Shown: piece after piece, positions 1-11,764 of the stretch | Numbering within the stretch: position 1 is the first letter of the stretch | Layout: each line of letters begins with the position of its first letter | Source: Chiloscyllium plagiosum | Lineage: Eukaryota | NCBI RefSeq assembly: GCF_004010195.1 | Contig: NC_057759.1 | Coordinates: 900,112-944,131 of the forward strand | Direction of reading: 5' to 3' | DNA length: 44,020 nucleotides | The notes under the pieces: generated by a model | What the model saw: the letters and a program-made list of their open reading frames with translations, nothing else | Told to the model about the DNA's origin: nothing | The model's database searches: none | Translations under genes and position numbers: made by a program

Positions 1-940
1 TGTCTATCTTCCATATTCTTCACAGTAATCACTGATGGGAAATATTGGTTTGGTATCTCCTGCAGTTCCACACATCGGCAACCTTGCTGATCTTTAAGGT
101 ACCCTATTCTCTGTTTTGTTACTCTTTGTCCTTGGAGACTTCATAGATTGTCATTCGATTCTCTTAACTCAATTTGCTAAAGATAACTCATGTCTCCTTT
201 TTGGTCTCCTTATTTCCCTCTTCAGCATACTCCTACTGCCTCGATACTCTTCTAAGGAGTCATTTGAGCCCAGATATGTATACCTGACAGATGCTTATTT
301 CTTCTTTCTTGACCAGAACCTCAATTTCTCTCGTCATCCAGCATTCCCCACACCTACCATCCTTGCCTTTCACTGCAACAGGAACATATTGTCTCTGGAC
401 TCTCCATCTCTTTTGAAATATTCTAACTTTCCATCTATCCCTTCACCTTAAAACGTCTGCTCCCAGTCAACTTTTAAAATTCCATACCTAATATTGTCAA
501 AATTTGTCTTCATCAAATTTAGAGCTTTAACTTTTGGATAGTTCTATACTTTTCTTTCATTATTTTGAAACTAATAGAATTGTGCAACTGGGCACAAATT
601 GCTAACCTACTGACGTCTCAGTCACTTGCTCTCTGTCATGCTTCCCAAGAGCAGGCCATGTTTTACACCTTCTCTAGCAGGTACGTCCACCTACTTGAAT
701 CAGAAAACGTACTTGTATACATTTAATATATTACCAAGCCCCTAGCACTACGGTAGACCTAATCTATATTTAGAAGGCCTAAATCTCCCACTATAACCGT
801 TCTATTATTCTGATAGATAACTGAGATATCCTTACAATTTTGTTTCTCAATTTCCCACTGATTATTAGGTGTCTATAGTGCAATCCAAACAAGGTGATCA
901 TCCCTTTCTTATTACTCCATTCCACCGAAATAATGTCCTT
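1..940 (-). mobile_element. Decayed CR1-clade LINE, APE endonuclease and linker part of ORF2
   Basis: Minus-strand reading gives degenerate CR1 endonuclease motifs (NKKGMITLFGLHYRHL, TVIVGDL), with stops and frameshifts. Confidence 0.75.
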
Positions 941-1139
941 GAATTAATTTGCAAAACAAAAATCAGATATTTCCAAATGTAACACCCATTTACTTAAGGT
1001 ATCACCGACTGATGAGTGGAGAATGTATTAGAAAATTTATGATGCAGAAACTATATCCACTCAAAGAAAGAAGCAGATACTGAGAGGTTTAATCTGAGTC
1101 TAGAACTACTGAATGTTTGAACTTCACATAAAATGTTGC

Positions 1140-1209
1140 TGAATACTAGAATTGAACCTGGGTCACTGGTGCTGTTAATCCGCAGTGGCAACCATTGATT
1201 CACTGTGCT
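1140..1209 (-). mobile_element. HE1-like SINE head fragment (tRNA-derived)
   Basis: gaattgaacctgggtcactggtgctg...cactgtgct resembles the reverse complement of the SINE head at 38621. Confidence 0.6.
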
Positions 1210-1415
1210 TACTATAATGTACTTATCATACCAATAATACCACATGGATATTGACACATAATGAATCTCACTTCAAGAACATTAACAGAAAAGGCAACCT
1301 CGTGCAATCCAGAAGAAAAAAATATGTGGACCTCATCCATTCATTTTCCAGAAATTTATCCCATATTCATTCAGAGCACAAAAAGCTATCAGATCAGAAT
1401 AAAATTCGAACTCAC

Positions 1416-1436
1416 CTACCAGGTTCCAGGTTGACA
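1416..1436 (-). pseudogene. Putative 21-bp signal-peptide mini-exon (S2) of an Fc-receptor-like gene
   Basis: Minus strand ttcttctttaaa|TGTCAACCTGGAACCTGGTAG|gtgagt: exactly 21 nt, phase 1-1, encodes (L)STWNLV(G). The donor is canonical but the acceptor reads AA instead of AG. Confidence 0.4.
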
Positions 1437-1652
1437 TTTAAAGAAGAAATTCGTTATTTTCTCTTTGGGATTCAAAGTTAATAAAGCACAAACACATACG
1501 GTAACAATGAGTCATGCTGACAGAATTGCATCCACATTCTCTGACTGTGATGGATTGGCAGATGGATAATTGCAATCACACAGACATACACAGATCATCA
1601 ACAAATTCGCAAAGAGCTTAAAACAAAATCAATTGAGTGCCAGCAAACTCGC

Positions 1653-1695
1653 ACCTTAAGAGGAAGATGAGTAGAAATGTGACTGTACTCATCAT
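1653..1695 (-). pseudogene. Putative signal-peptide exon S1 (MMSTVTFLLIFLLR)
   Basis: ATGATGAGTACAGTCACATTTCTACTCATCTTCCTCTTAAGGT|gcgagt: hydrophobic leader ending in a phase-1 GC-type (or mutated gtgagt) donor, in frame with the 21-bp exon. Confidence 0.4.
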
Positions 1696-2451
1696 GCAGA
1701 AAGCTAGCCTAATTCTATGGGAACACAGGTAGTGATAACATTATGGCAGTTGATGATATTTCAATTCAATTGATAAATCCGGATAACAATTGCTGAAAAC
1801 AATGATGGCCTTGAAACTATCATCCAATATCTTTCTAATGTTCATTATCTTCATTTGGTCTGACTGAAATTAACTCCAGAGACAAACCAAAGTTGGTGAT
1901 TTTTGCCTTGGCTGTGATATCCATTCAAAGCGGAATTTAGGATGGGTAACAATTCCTGACTTCACTAGCCTTGCACAAATCACATAAGAAAACAGGGGGA
2001 TAAAAAACATGGAGCGCAGTATCATGGGTAATTCACTCAGTAAGACAAAATGCTATAGGATATAAGGTAGGAGCTGTGAAAACTCTCACCCATTCACGGT
2101 CTTCTTGACTAACTTTCTACATTCATTTGACTTCACTGTTTCCTCGGGATTGTCAACTAAACGTCAGGAAATTTAAGTATGAATGTTTTGTTTTTTGACA
2201 AAGCAATGTATTCAGCCACTAGATTATGTTGAAATTGTATTCTGCTTACTACGATTTTAAACACATAAAACCATCAGTTATATAGCCGTACTAATCATGA
2301 CTAATAATAATAGAAGTAAGAGTTTAAAAAAGTGAACATCATATTTACAAACATCGTATTTCTATGAAGAGAAAACCATTCACTCAAGGAACGTAATGTG
2401 AAGATATCTGCCATCCTTACCCTTCTAGTGTTGTCAAGGTTGTGAGTTTTA

Positions 2452-2651
2452 GGATTTGGACATGCCGGTGTTGGACTGGGGTTTACAAAGTTAAAAATCA
2501 CACAACACCAGGTTATAGTCCAACAGGTTTAATTGGAAGCACATTAGCTTTTGGAGCGACGCTCCTTCATCAGGTGATAGCCTGATGAAGGAGTGTCACT
2601 CCGAAAGCAGTGTGCTTCCAATTAAACCTGTTGGACTATAACCTGGTGTTG
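2452..2651. mobile_element. Palindromic non-autonomous Penelope-like terminal-repeat insertion (copy 1)
   Basis: Arms of about 80 bp (cacacaacaccaggttatagtcc...catcagg / cctgatg...ggtgttgtgtg), flanked by the 11-bp direct repeat tgtgagtttta at 2441-2451 and 2652-2662. Confidence 0.8.
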
Positions 2652-3284
2652 TGTGAGTTTTAAAAGTCGTGTTGAATGAGCCTGTGAGAGTTATTGGCTA
2701 ATTTCAGTGCTTATGAAGGTAATATTAATTAGAAGCAGCGAACCATAGAAAATAGAAGCAAAAATAGTCCATTCAAACTTTTGAGCCTTCTCAGTCTTTC
2801 AATGTGATCATGACTGATCACCCAAAACAATACCCAATTTCTCCAGAATCGCGTTTAGCCAGAGGAATTTGGAAAAAATGTATTCATCCTGCTGAAACTG
2901 AAAGTGACTGGTTGACAGTGACACTCAAGATTTCTTATAGCACCTCCTATCCAAATTTGTTGCTATTCCGATAACCTGCCTTTCTTTTCTTTTATACCAA
3001 AGTGAATAATTTCTTGTTTATCCATATTATATTTTGACTATTATTCATTTTCATTCTCACTCAAAAATTGTATTCTGCTTACTACGATTTTAAACACATA
3101 AAACCATCAGTTATATAGCCGTACTAATCATGACTAATAATAATAGAAGTAAGAGTTTAAAAAAGTGAACATCATATTTACAAACATCGTATTTCTATGA
3201 AGAGAAAATCATTCACTCAAGGAACGTAATGTGAAGATATCTGCCATCCTTACCCTTCTAGAGTGGTCAAGGTTGTGAGTTTTA

Positions 3285-3485
3285 GGATTTGGACATGCCG
3301 GTGTTGGACTGGGGTTTACTAAGTTAAAAATCACACAACACCAGGTTATAGTCCAACAGGTTTAATTGGAAGCACATTAGCTTTTGGAGCGACGCTCCTT
3401 CATCAGGCTATCACCTGATGAAGGAGTGTCACTCTGAAAGCTAGTGTGCTTCCAATTAAACCTGTTGGACAAAAACCTGGTGTTG
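3285..3485. mobile_element. Palindromic non-autonomous Penelope-like insertion (copy 2, in the duplication)
   Basis: Duplicate of 2452-2651. Confidence 0.8.
3412..3446 (+). ncRNA. Minimal type I hammerhead ribozyme motif
   Basis: cac-CTGATGA-a-ggagt gtc actct-GAAA-g-CTA-gtg: stem I CAC/GUG, intact core, palindromic AGCU stem III, CUA cleavage triplet. Confidence 0.7.
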
Positions 3486-3999
3486 TGTGAGTTTTAAAAG
3501 TCGTGTTGAAGGAGCCTGTGAGAGTTATTGGGTAATTTCAGTGCTTATGAAGGTAATATTAATTAGAAGCAGCGAACCATAGAAAATAGAAGCAAAAACT
3601 TTTGAGCCTTCTCAGTCTTTCAATGTGATCATGACTGATCATCCAAAACAATACCCAATTTCTCCAGAATCGCGTTTAGCCAGAGGAATTTGGAAAAAAA
3701 TGTATTCATCCTGCTGAAACTGAAAGTGACTGGTTGACAGTGACACTCAAGATTTCTTATAGCACCTCCTATCCAAATTTGTTGCTATTCGATAACCTGC
3801 CTTTCTTTTATTTTATACCAAAGTGAATATTTTCTTGTTTATCCATATTACATTTTGACTATTATTCATTGTCATTCTCACTCAACCTGTCCAATTTACA
3901 CTGAAGCATCGCTGCATCTTCCTTATAATTTACAGCTTTGTATCATAACACATAAACAGTGTAAAGCCCATTTACAGAACACATTGATTTTTATGTGAA

Positions 4000-4101
4000 C
4001 ACTCTCTGCTCATTCCTGAAGTAGGGCCTGTGCCCGAAACGTCGAATCTCCTGTTCCCTGGATGCTGCCTGACCTGCTGTGCTGTTCCAGCAATAAAGTT
4101 T
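4000..4101 (+). mobile_element. Penelope-like 3' terminal fragment between two copies of a 108-bp direct repeat
   Basis: Same sequence as the right arm at 6683-6774. The flanks 3892-3999 and 4102-4208 are near-identical. Confidence 0.85.
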
Positions 4102-4427
4102 CAATTTACACTGAAGCATCGCTGCATCTTCCTTATAATTTACAGCTTTGTATCATAACACATAAAGAGTGTAAAGCCCATTTACAGACACATTGATTTT
4201 TATGTGAAGCTCAAGACCTTCACTTTCAGAACATAAATTGATAGATAAACTTTGACTAAAACAAAGTCATTAGAAAAGCATAAAAGTACAGATGCAGATT
4301 TGGTCAGATTTCCAAGACACTTACAAACACTTACAAAGTGAAAGACTGTGATTTTAAAAGTAACAACTACTCATTCATAACTGAAATTGCAGGATAAAGG
4401 TTCGAAATACACGTGTAGCCAAATGGA

Positions 4428-4800
4428 AATAAGACCATAGGAGCAGAAGTAGTCTATTCAGCCGATTAGGTGTGGCATATTTGGTACTCTTTTACTCTTC
4501 ATTCCTGCATTTTCCCCATAACCCTTCATTTACTGACCGCTTAAAAATTTGTCTGTCTCAACTTAAAAAAAACACTTGACTGATATGATAACCCTCTGTG
4601 GTAAAAGTTTCCACAGAAGTGCTATGCTCAGAAGAGATTCCTCCTCATCTCTACCTTAAGTATGCAATCCCTTATTCTGTGTTCATGTCTTTTAATCCTA
4701 GTACCTTCCATAAGGAGAATCCAGCTTTGTCAGTCTCCACTCCTTTGTCCAGTACCATTTGAATCCAGTATGTACCACAAAGGCCACCTCTCAGTCAAGG
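4428..4800 (-). mobile_element. CR1 LINE 3' end, decayed
   Basis: Starts ataagaccataggagcagaagtagtctattcagcc, the typical reverse-complemented CR1 tail. Similar to the pieces at 5070-5370, 9113-9530, 11765-12020 and 13575-13835. Confidence 0.6.
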
Positions 4801-5069
4801 ATTGTGAACACATTCATATGATTATCAGATAAAGCTCCGTAGGAAAGAAAACATTGTAAATTACAGGTTAAACAAAAGACAAAAAAATTGGGAACTTTTT
4901 TTTAAATCTATGAAATCTACAGCTCAAACCTGCCAGGCCCTACCAGGAATTGACAGGCACTATTTAAAAGACCCCGTAATTAAAGAATCCTCTTAATTTC
5001 TGAATCCAAAGCAATGAAGATGCGATTGAGAGCTTTAGAATAAAACCAAATCTATTGTCGGCACGTTAA

Positions 5070-5370
5070 ACAGAAACTAGGAGTAGGAATGGACCATTCA
5101 GCCCTTTGACCTATCCACTATTCAATATGATCATGAATGATCATCTATGTCAGTTTTCCCTACGTCCGCGTAACTCAGGATGCATTTAAAATCTAAAGAA
5201 CTGTATCTATGTACTGACTCGGCCTCCACATCCTTCTCTGGTAGAGAATTTCACAAGTGTAATATCTGCTGTGTTAGAATTATTTCATTATCTCAGTCTT
5301 AAATGTTTTACCTTAGCCTGAAACTGGCCATTGATTCTAGACCCCATAACTAGAGAATATATCCTGCCTG
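5070..5370 (-). mobile_element. CR1 LINE 3' end, decayed
   Basis: aggagtaggaatggaccattcagccc...gtagagaatttcacaag pattern shared with the other CR1 tails in the window. Confidence 0.6.
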
Positions 5371-6599
5371 ATGGCAAGATCACAGTCACGAGTTAGGTGG
5401 TTGAGTCAGCGTTCATCAAAAGCAATGAGCCAAAGTGCCTTTTCCTCTACTCAAGTTTTCTCTGATTCTAAATCCCACAATTGATTTACTGCACAGCAGA
5501 CAGGTACATGATATATCCCTCACTCACATTACTGAAGATGAAAGTTCAGACTCAAATATACACCCCCATTCAACATATTACTTTTACAGATAACTGAGAT
5601 CTCCTTTCAAATTTACTTCTTAATTTTCGGCTGGCTATTGTGAGGTCGATTGTGCAGTCCCAATATGCTGATCATCCTGTTCTTATTTCTCAGTTCCACT
5701 GGATGTTCTCTAAAAAATATCATCCCTAAAAACAGTCGTATTGATTACCCTGACAAAAAAACCTCTCCCCCTCTTCTCTTGCCCCTCCCACTTACTATCC
5801 TTCACATAGCATCTGTAGCCTGGAATATTGAACTGTTATTAGTCCTGTTCATCCCTGAGCTCCGTTTTGTAATAGCCATGGTGTCCCATTCCCATCCTCC
5901 CAACCATGTCCTGAATTTATTTACCTTAATTGTTATGCCTCATACATTGAATTAAAGCAGCCTAATTAATTAACCCTTCTTCATTCTCTGAATTGCTCCT
6001 GCCTGCTTTGATTATTTTACTTGCTTCTTTTCTCAACTGCAACAGACTCAGACAGATCTCTTTTCACAATAGCTCTCTGGTTCCCAGCACCAACACTGCC
6101 CTCACCCCATCCCGAAACCCCACCCTGCTCTGACTATGAGGGCCTCAAGCAAACTTCCCTGCAAACGCATTAATCCCCTTCCTTCTCAGATGTAACCACT
6201 CTCGTTCTACAGGTCTCATCTATTCCAGAAGACCTTCCTATGGTCCAAACATGTGCGTTCATGCTTCCTGCACCAGCTCTTCAGCCACACATTCAACTGT
6301 TCTATCCTCCTATTTCTACTCTCAGTAGCACGGGGCACCAGGTGTAATCCAGATATTACTAATGCAGAGGACCTACTTTTTAATTCTTTCTTATTTGCTA
6401 CGTTCTGACTTTATAACCTCGTCTTTTTATTTTCCTATACCATTGGCTCCACCCTGTTAAAGTACCTGCTTCTCCCCTTTGCGAATATTTTTCACTCTCA
6501 CCGAGATAGTCTTGACCCTGAGAGTGGGGAGGCCACACAACGTTCTGACGTCTCGCTGGCAGCCACAGAAACACCTGCCTCGGCCTCTGACGAGAGAGT

Positions 6600-6808
6600 T
6601 GAAACTTTATTGCTGGAACAGCACAGCAGGTCAGGCAGCATCCCGGGAACAGGAGATTCGACGTTTCGGGCACAGGCCCTTCTTCCTGAAGAAGGGCCTG
6701 TGCCCGAAACGTCGAATCTCCTGTTCCCTGGATGCTGCCTGACCTGCTGTGCTGTTCCAGCAATAAAGTTTCAACTTTGATCTCCAGCATCTGCAGACCT
6801 CACTTTCT
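6600..6808. mobile_element. Young palindromic Penelope-derived insertion with 16-bp TSD
   Basis: Near-perfect arms of about 88 bp centred near 6686. TSD cctctgacgagagagt (6584-6599) / cctctgatgagagagt (6809-6824). Confidence 0.9.
6683..6716 (+). ncRNA. Minimal type I hammerhead ribozyme motif
   Basis: ttc-CTGAAGA-a-gggc ctgt gccc-GAAAC-GTC-gaa: intact core, 4-bp stem II, palindromic ACGU stem III, GUC triplet, stem I UUC/GAA. Confidence 0.8.
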
Positions 6809-7004
6809 CCTCTGATGAGAGAGTCCCCTGTCACAATTAATCGCTTGGAACCTGAAGTACCCCTTGGTATAGTAGAGACAGTCTGGGTAACAGAAACGTA
6901 GTTATCAGTGCCACATTCTCCTGAGATTACATCACCCCTTACTTTTACCATAACAGCATACTTATTTGAAATGGCGATAGCCTCAGGAGACCCCTGCACT
7001 CTCG

Positions 7005-7197
7005 AGGAGGAAGGGAGGACTGCAGATGCTGGAGATCAGCGTCAAAAAATATGGCGATGGAAAAGCAGAACAGGTCAGGCAACATCCAAGGTGCAAAACA
7101 GTCGCCATTTTGAACAAAACCCTTCATCACGAATGTTCGAGTCCCCTGCTGCTCGGATGCTGTCTGACCTGCTGTCCTCTTCCACACTGTTCGACTC
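7005..7197. mobile_element. Older degenerate palindromic Penelope-derived insertion
   Basis: ctgcagatgctggagatcag...caggtcaggcaacatcc...ggatgctgtctgacctgctg, with cctgcact repeated on both sides. Confidence 0.7.
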
Positions 7198-8794
7198 CTG
7201 CACTACCTGCCTCCCTCTCCTAGCTTTCCCAGAGATAACCTCACTAACTGCATCTGTGTTTTTCTACCTTCTTGAATCTGCCATCCATCACATTGCCAGC
7301 TCCTATAAATTCCTCATTACCTCAACTTGCCACTGCAATAGAGCACATCATTCAAAGGCCATGTTTGCGCCTAACCTACCGGTTCAGAAAATACCAAGTC
7401 TTACTTCTCGAGGATAACTTAAATACTTATATTTTATACTTGAACAGTTAATCAAGAGACAGATCTCAATAAAATATATTTTAAAAATGCATTCAGCGCA
7501 CTCACTGCTATAGATTTACAACAAAGACAAACATTAGGATTTTAAAATATATATCAATTTCAATACAAGCATTTAGCTCAGATTGGGAAATTCTGAAACT
7601 CCCAGCTGTGAGTAGTTCTGATATTGAAGTCTCTGTAAGGCAGCTGTGAAATTTCACTGTGTGTTTGTTTTTTTTTGAACCAGAGTCTATTTGCAGAGAA
7701 GCTTGTAAATTCACAGTCAGTCAGCTATGAAAGTTGACTACTTGATCGTTTTGACTTTTTTTTTGTTGATCTCTAGACCCATTCCTCGACGTCCCACGTG
7801 GTCTCTCCCGAAACTATGACTCCTGCTCTGTCTGCTTCCTCCTCTTTAAAATACTTACGATTTTTTCTTATTTTTGTAAAGTTCAAACAATAAAGCAAAA
7901 CCTTAAATACGCTAATTACTGCTCCAAGGAAATCAGCTTCATCAGTGGAAAAAAAAACCTTCAAGAAGAGCATCTCTTACAGCCACGATTCTCCCTTGTC
8001 CACCATAGGTGGAAAGTTGACAGATTAAAAAATACCACAAACAATTCCTTAGGGTTGGTCTCCTTTTGCCTTCCGTTGCCCAACCGTTACACAATGCACA
8101 CAGTCAGTTCCCTTTCAGTTCAATGGTATTGCTTGTGCAAGTGGAGTCCTGTCACACTGCTGCTAGTGAGACTGGCATGGAAGAGTGGCGTGCAACTAAC
8201 ATTACTCAGAACACTGAGTATTTTTCGAAGCTGCTTTTGGCAAAAGAATTCTCTCTCATTCTGTGCATCAGGCAAACTCTGGTATTAACGCCAGAGGCTT
8301 TGATCCCCTCCGAGACTGACATGATTTTATATTCTTTTAATAGCAGATGACTCACTGGGGCATTCATGCTTCTCGGATGTCACTATCACTATTACTTCAG
8401 TCCCTTCATTTGCAAATGTGAGTTTCAAAAGAATAAAGGCGCATTATTCCATTGGCCTCCCAATAAGTCCCTGGGGCATGGTTTTGTGCCCTGATGTTGT
8501 TTAGAACAGATGACTAATGTTGTCTTTGAAATGCAGTTTGTTGTGGTCCCAGCACATGGTTGTGTTCAAAGACCAAACACAGGAAAACAGGACAGGCAAA
8601 TACAATTAATATTTTCTGAACTGCTGTGCGTTACGTTTTGACTAACCATAAAGAAAAGAAGCCAATACAGTGAGTTTGGAACTTTGAATCTTAGCCCATT
8701 TATAAATAGGACAATTTTAGTTCTGACTGTGGATTGGAACTAAATGCATTGCCAAGCACTTACACCAAAACATGTATCTGTATTGTAATGATTT

Positions 8795-9020
8795 TATCAG
8801 GAAGGCTAATGGCGCCTTTGCGATTATTTCAAGGGGGTTGGAGTATAACAGCATGGAAGGCTTACTGCAACTGTACACAGTGCTGGGGAGACCGCATCTG
8901 CAGGACTGTGAGCAATTTTGCTCCCCTAATTTACAATTTCTTTGAAGGCAATTCAGAGAATGTTCACTCGAATGATCCCGGGTATGAAGGGATTTTTTTC
9001 ATCAGCAATAGCTAAACAGG
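8795..9020 (+). mobile_element. CR1 ORF2 C-terminal fragment
   Basis: Reads ANGAFAIISRGLEYNSMEGLLQLYTVLGRPHLQDCEQFCSP, homologous to the RPHLEYCVQFWSP motif in 17045-18061. Confidence 0.75.
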
Positions 9021-9112
9021 TTGGGGCAGATATTAAAAGCGCTGCAGATATTCAACTGGTCTGGCAGAGTCTGTAGAGATTTAAAAGCAGAGTTAACATT
9101 TGTGTCGCTAAA

Positions 9113-9530
9113 ATCATAAGAATTAGGATCAGGATTAGACCATTCGCACAATCGAGAGTCCCCCATCATTCAATAAGATCATGACTGATCCAATATTTCT
9201 TGTGTCCACTTTCCTGCCATTTCCCAATAACCTTTGATTCCCTGACGAAAAGAAACTATCAATGGTCGCCTTAAATATACTTAAAGACTCTGCTTCATAG
9301 CTCTCTGTGGTAAAGACTCTTCACCCTCTGACAGGATAAATTTCTCCTCATCTTAGTCCATAATTGGTGCCCCTTTATTTTGAGAATGTGCCATCTAGTC
9401 CTAGACTGTCCTGTGAGGGAGAAATATCTGCTCAGCATTGACCCTGCTGAGCCCGCGTATGTTTCAATGAGATCACTTCTCATTCGACTAAACTCCCATG
9501 AGTTGAGGCCCGCTCCATTAGAACTCTGAT
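9113..9530 (-). mobile_element. CR1 LINE 3' end
   Basis: ORF 9295..9483 reads MRSDLIETY...TRWHILKIKG, the CR1 ORF2 C-terminus. Confidence 0.75.
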
Positions 9531-9570
9531 CTTGAAGACAACTATAGCCAGAGTATGTTGTGACCTGTCC

Positions 9571-11165
9571 TGTAATGTGTTACCTGAGGCTTCCTGTATT
9601 TACCACATAAGAAATGTTTTATGTTTTGTATCTAGACAGACTGTCGCCACTATTGTATCTAAAGGAGCATTATGTGGCTGTTTTTGACACTTCATAATCA
9701 TTTGCGATTTAGTTAACAGTATAAAATCAGTGGCTGGAATTGGACTTTGTGATCAGAGATTGGTCAATTCATTGGCTGAGTGCCAACAAATTTCTGGAAG
9801 AATGAGCACACTTTGAAATAAAAGTTACCAGAACAAAGGATTGTTCGGGAGTGAGCCCTCAAGACCACATTTGAGAAGTATGTGATGTGACGTTTTCTTC
9901 GGTGAAGACAAAGTGGCAAGATCTACACTGAGAGCACAGTTGTTCAATTGACTCAAATCGGGGCAGCATTTGTTTCAAGCTAAACTTATAATGTTAGAGA
10001 CAATATTAAATGTGAATTGAGTTCAGGTGAAATAAAGTCAAGCAAATTACATGTTGCATCGAGTGTATATTTCATTTTGATACCTAAAGTTTTAAATACT
10101 GGAAGGTTTATTTGGAAGTGAAATTCCAAATCGATTGCCTCTGTCACACAAGGGAGGAACATACGTGAAAAGCGTGAAGTTCTCTTTCAGCTAAAAACTT
10201 TTCCCAGCCCGTGAAAATAGTCTCAAAAGCATCCGAAATAAATAACATCCAGAATCGGCAACAATTGATTGCCTTGCCAGTAATATCCACATCCATCAAA
10301 AAATTAAGAGACCAATAGGGAAACAGATTTTCTAACCAGAATCCCTACAGTGCAGATAGAGACCATTCTGTCGATCAAGTCTGCATGGACGCCCAAAGAC
10401 CATTCAACACCTCCTGTCATGACTAACCCACAAAGCTTGCACATCCCTGGACACAGTGTGGCAATTTTAACACGGCCATTCCACTGAACCTGCAGGTCTT
10501 TGAATTGTGGGAGGAAGCCAGAGCACTCACAGGGAACAGACACAGACGCAGGGAGAACATTTAAGCTCCAAGCAGGCAGTAAGTCAAAGCTGGAATCAAA
10601 CCATGGTCCCTTGTGCTGGGAGGCAACAATGTTAACCACTGAGCCATCATACCACCCTAATTAGTTTAGCTCTGCCTTTTCCTGTTATTTGTTGAAGACT
10701 TCAATCAGATTTCACTGAAACATTTTAAATTCTGGAGAGGAAAATATTACCTTCGAAAGGTCGCAAAAACCAATTAGATTGGAAATATCAGAAAAGACTG
10801 AGATAAGATATTTACATTCAAGAGACTCTGTGAATACATATTAATTTCTCTGGAAAAATTTGGAGTTTTGGAAAATTTTCTGAAGTGTTGCGGCATAACT
10901 GTGTTCCTTCCCTTGGGAAGGATACAAGTTTGACGATTCATTGCTCAGTGAATTAAGAATTGAACCTGAATGTACAGTATACACTGGAAATAAGTATATG
11001 GATCTGTTCACAGTGCTTATTAATTTTTGGACAAGTCATTTCTTTACAAGAAAGATCTTTGTTTTGTTAATACTATGAAACCTTGCAGTGAAGCTCTCTT
11101 GGTTAAATCAGGGTTCAAGAGTTTCTATTTAATTTTTAGCGTGGTCAGTAGGGAGATTGTAAAAA
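9571..11165 (+). mobile_element. Possible decayed solo LTR containing a SINE insertion
   Basis: Begins tgtaatgtg and ends gtagggagattgtaaaa (TG...TAACA-like), non-coding. Weak pattern only. Confidence 0.25.
10340..10658 (-). mobile_element. HE1-type V-SINE, diverged
   Basis: The reverse complement aligns by eye with the SINE at 38621-38937 (tRNA head, central V-domain, CR1-like tail). Confidence 0.85.
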
Positions 11166-11374
11166 TAGCCCCAATTTCCTTTAAGGCTCAACATTTCGAC
11201 AACACTTAGATTTGCTGTTGATTTCTGTAACTTGCCTAAGTTCCATAATGTATGAAATCATGATCGCATGATTCAGAGACAGTAATTTGCTTCAAGTTGT
11301 CTCCTAACAAACAACTGTGTGCTGTTCCCACTCGTGAAGATGTTAATCACTCGATAACTCAACAACACAATAAC

Positions 11375-11620
11375 TCAGGTTCAGAGGGGATGTGAAGAAA
11401 ATCAATTTCACCCAGAGAATAGTGGGGAATCTGGAACTCGTTGATGCTAACAGTAGAAGAGGTTGAAATCCTCATCACGTTGCAGAAGGATTTAGATGTG
11501 CACTTGCATTGCCAAGGCTATGGGCCAAGCGAAGGTAAAGTGGAATTGAAATAGTTGGCTTTTTTGATGGGTGCAGAATCCATCGACTGAAGAGCCTCAA
11601 AATGCATTGGACGTCTCTGT
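11375..11620 (+). mobile_element. CR1 3' end, decayed
   Basis: ttcacccagagaatagtggggaatctggaac corresponds to the FTQRVVxxWN motif. Confidence 0.65.
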
Positions 11621-11764
11621 GACGTTAATAATTACTATGAAAGCATCTACTTACACAATAAGTAATGGGACCCAATGTATTCAATACTTCTCTAAATCCG
11701 AAACTCGACATAAACCATGACAGCACAGAAAATGATGCACATGCATGTTAGACGAAAAAACATC

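Larger units (their letters stand above)
2232..3885 (+). repeat. Recent tandem duplication, two copies of about 830 bp (2232-3064 and 3065-3885)
   Basis: Both copies start aaattgtattctgcttactacg and end ttctcactcaa. They are near-identical apart from scattered substitutions and small indels. Confidence 0.95.
5530..7450 (-). mobile_element. CR1 LINE 5' part: ORF1 (SGNH/GDSL esterase-type) and start of the APE domain, interrupted by two PLE insertions
   Basis: The ORF track shows IVTGDSLIRG (about 6810-6840). At 5800-5950 the minus strand reads KVNKFRTWLGGWEWDTMAITK...LNIPGYRCY-like sequence, the CR1 endonuclease N-terminus. Confidence 0.75.

Noticed and set aside
1405..1470. TCR/Ig J segment
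   Set aside because: No FGxG/WGxG motif and no recombination signal sequence.
6398..6790. Overlapping ORFs with repeated peptides on both strands
   Set aside because: Artefact of the palindromic PLE insertion.
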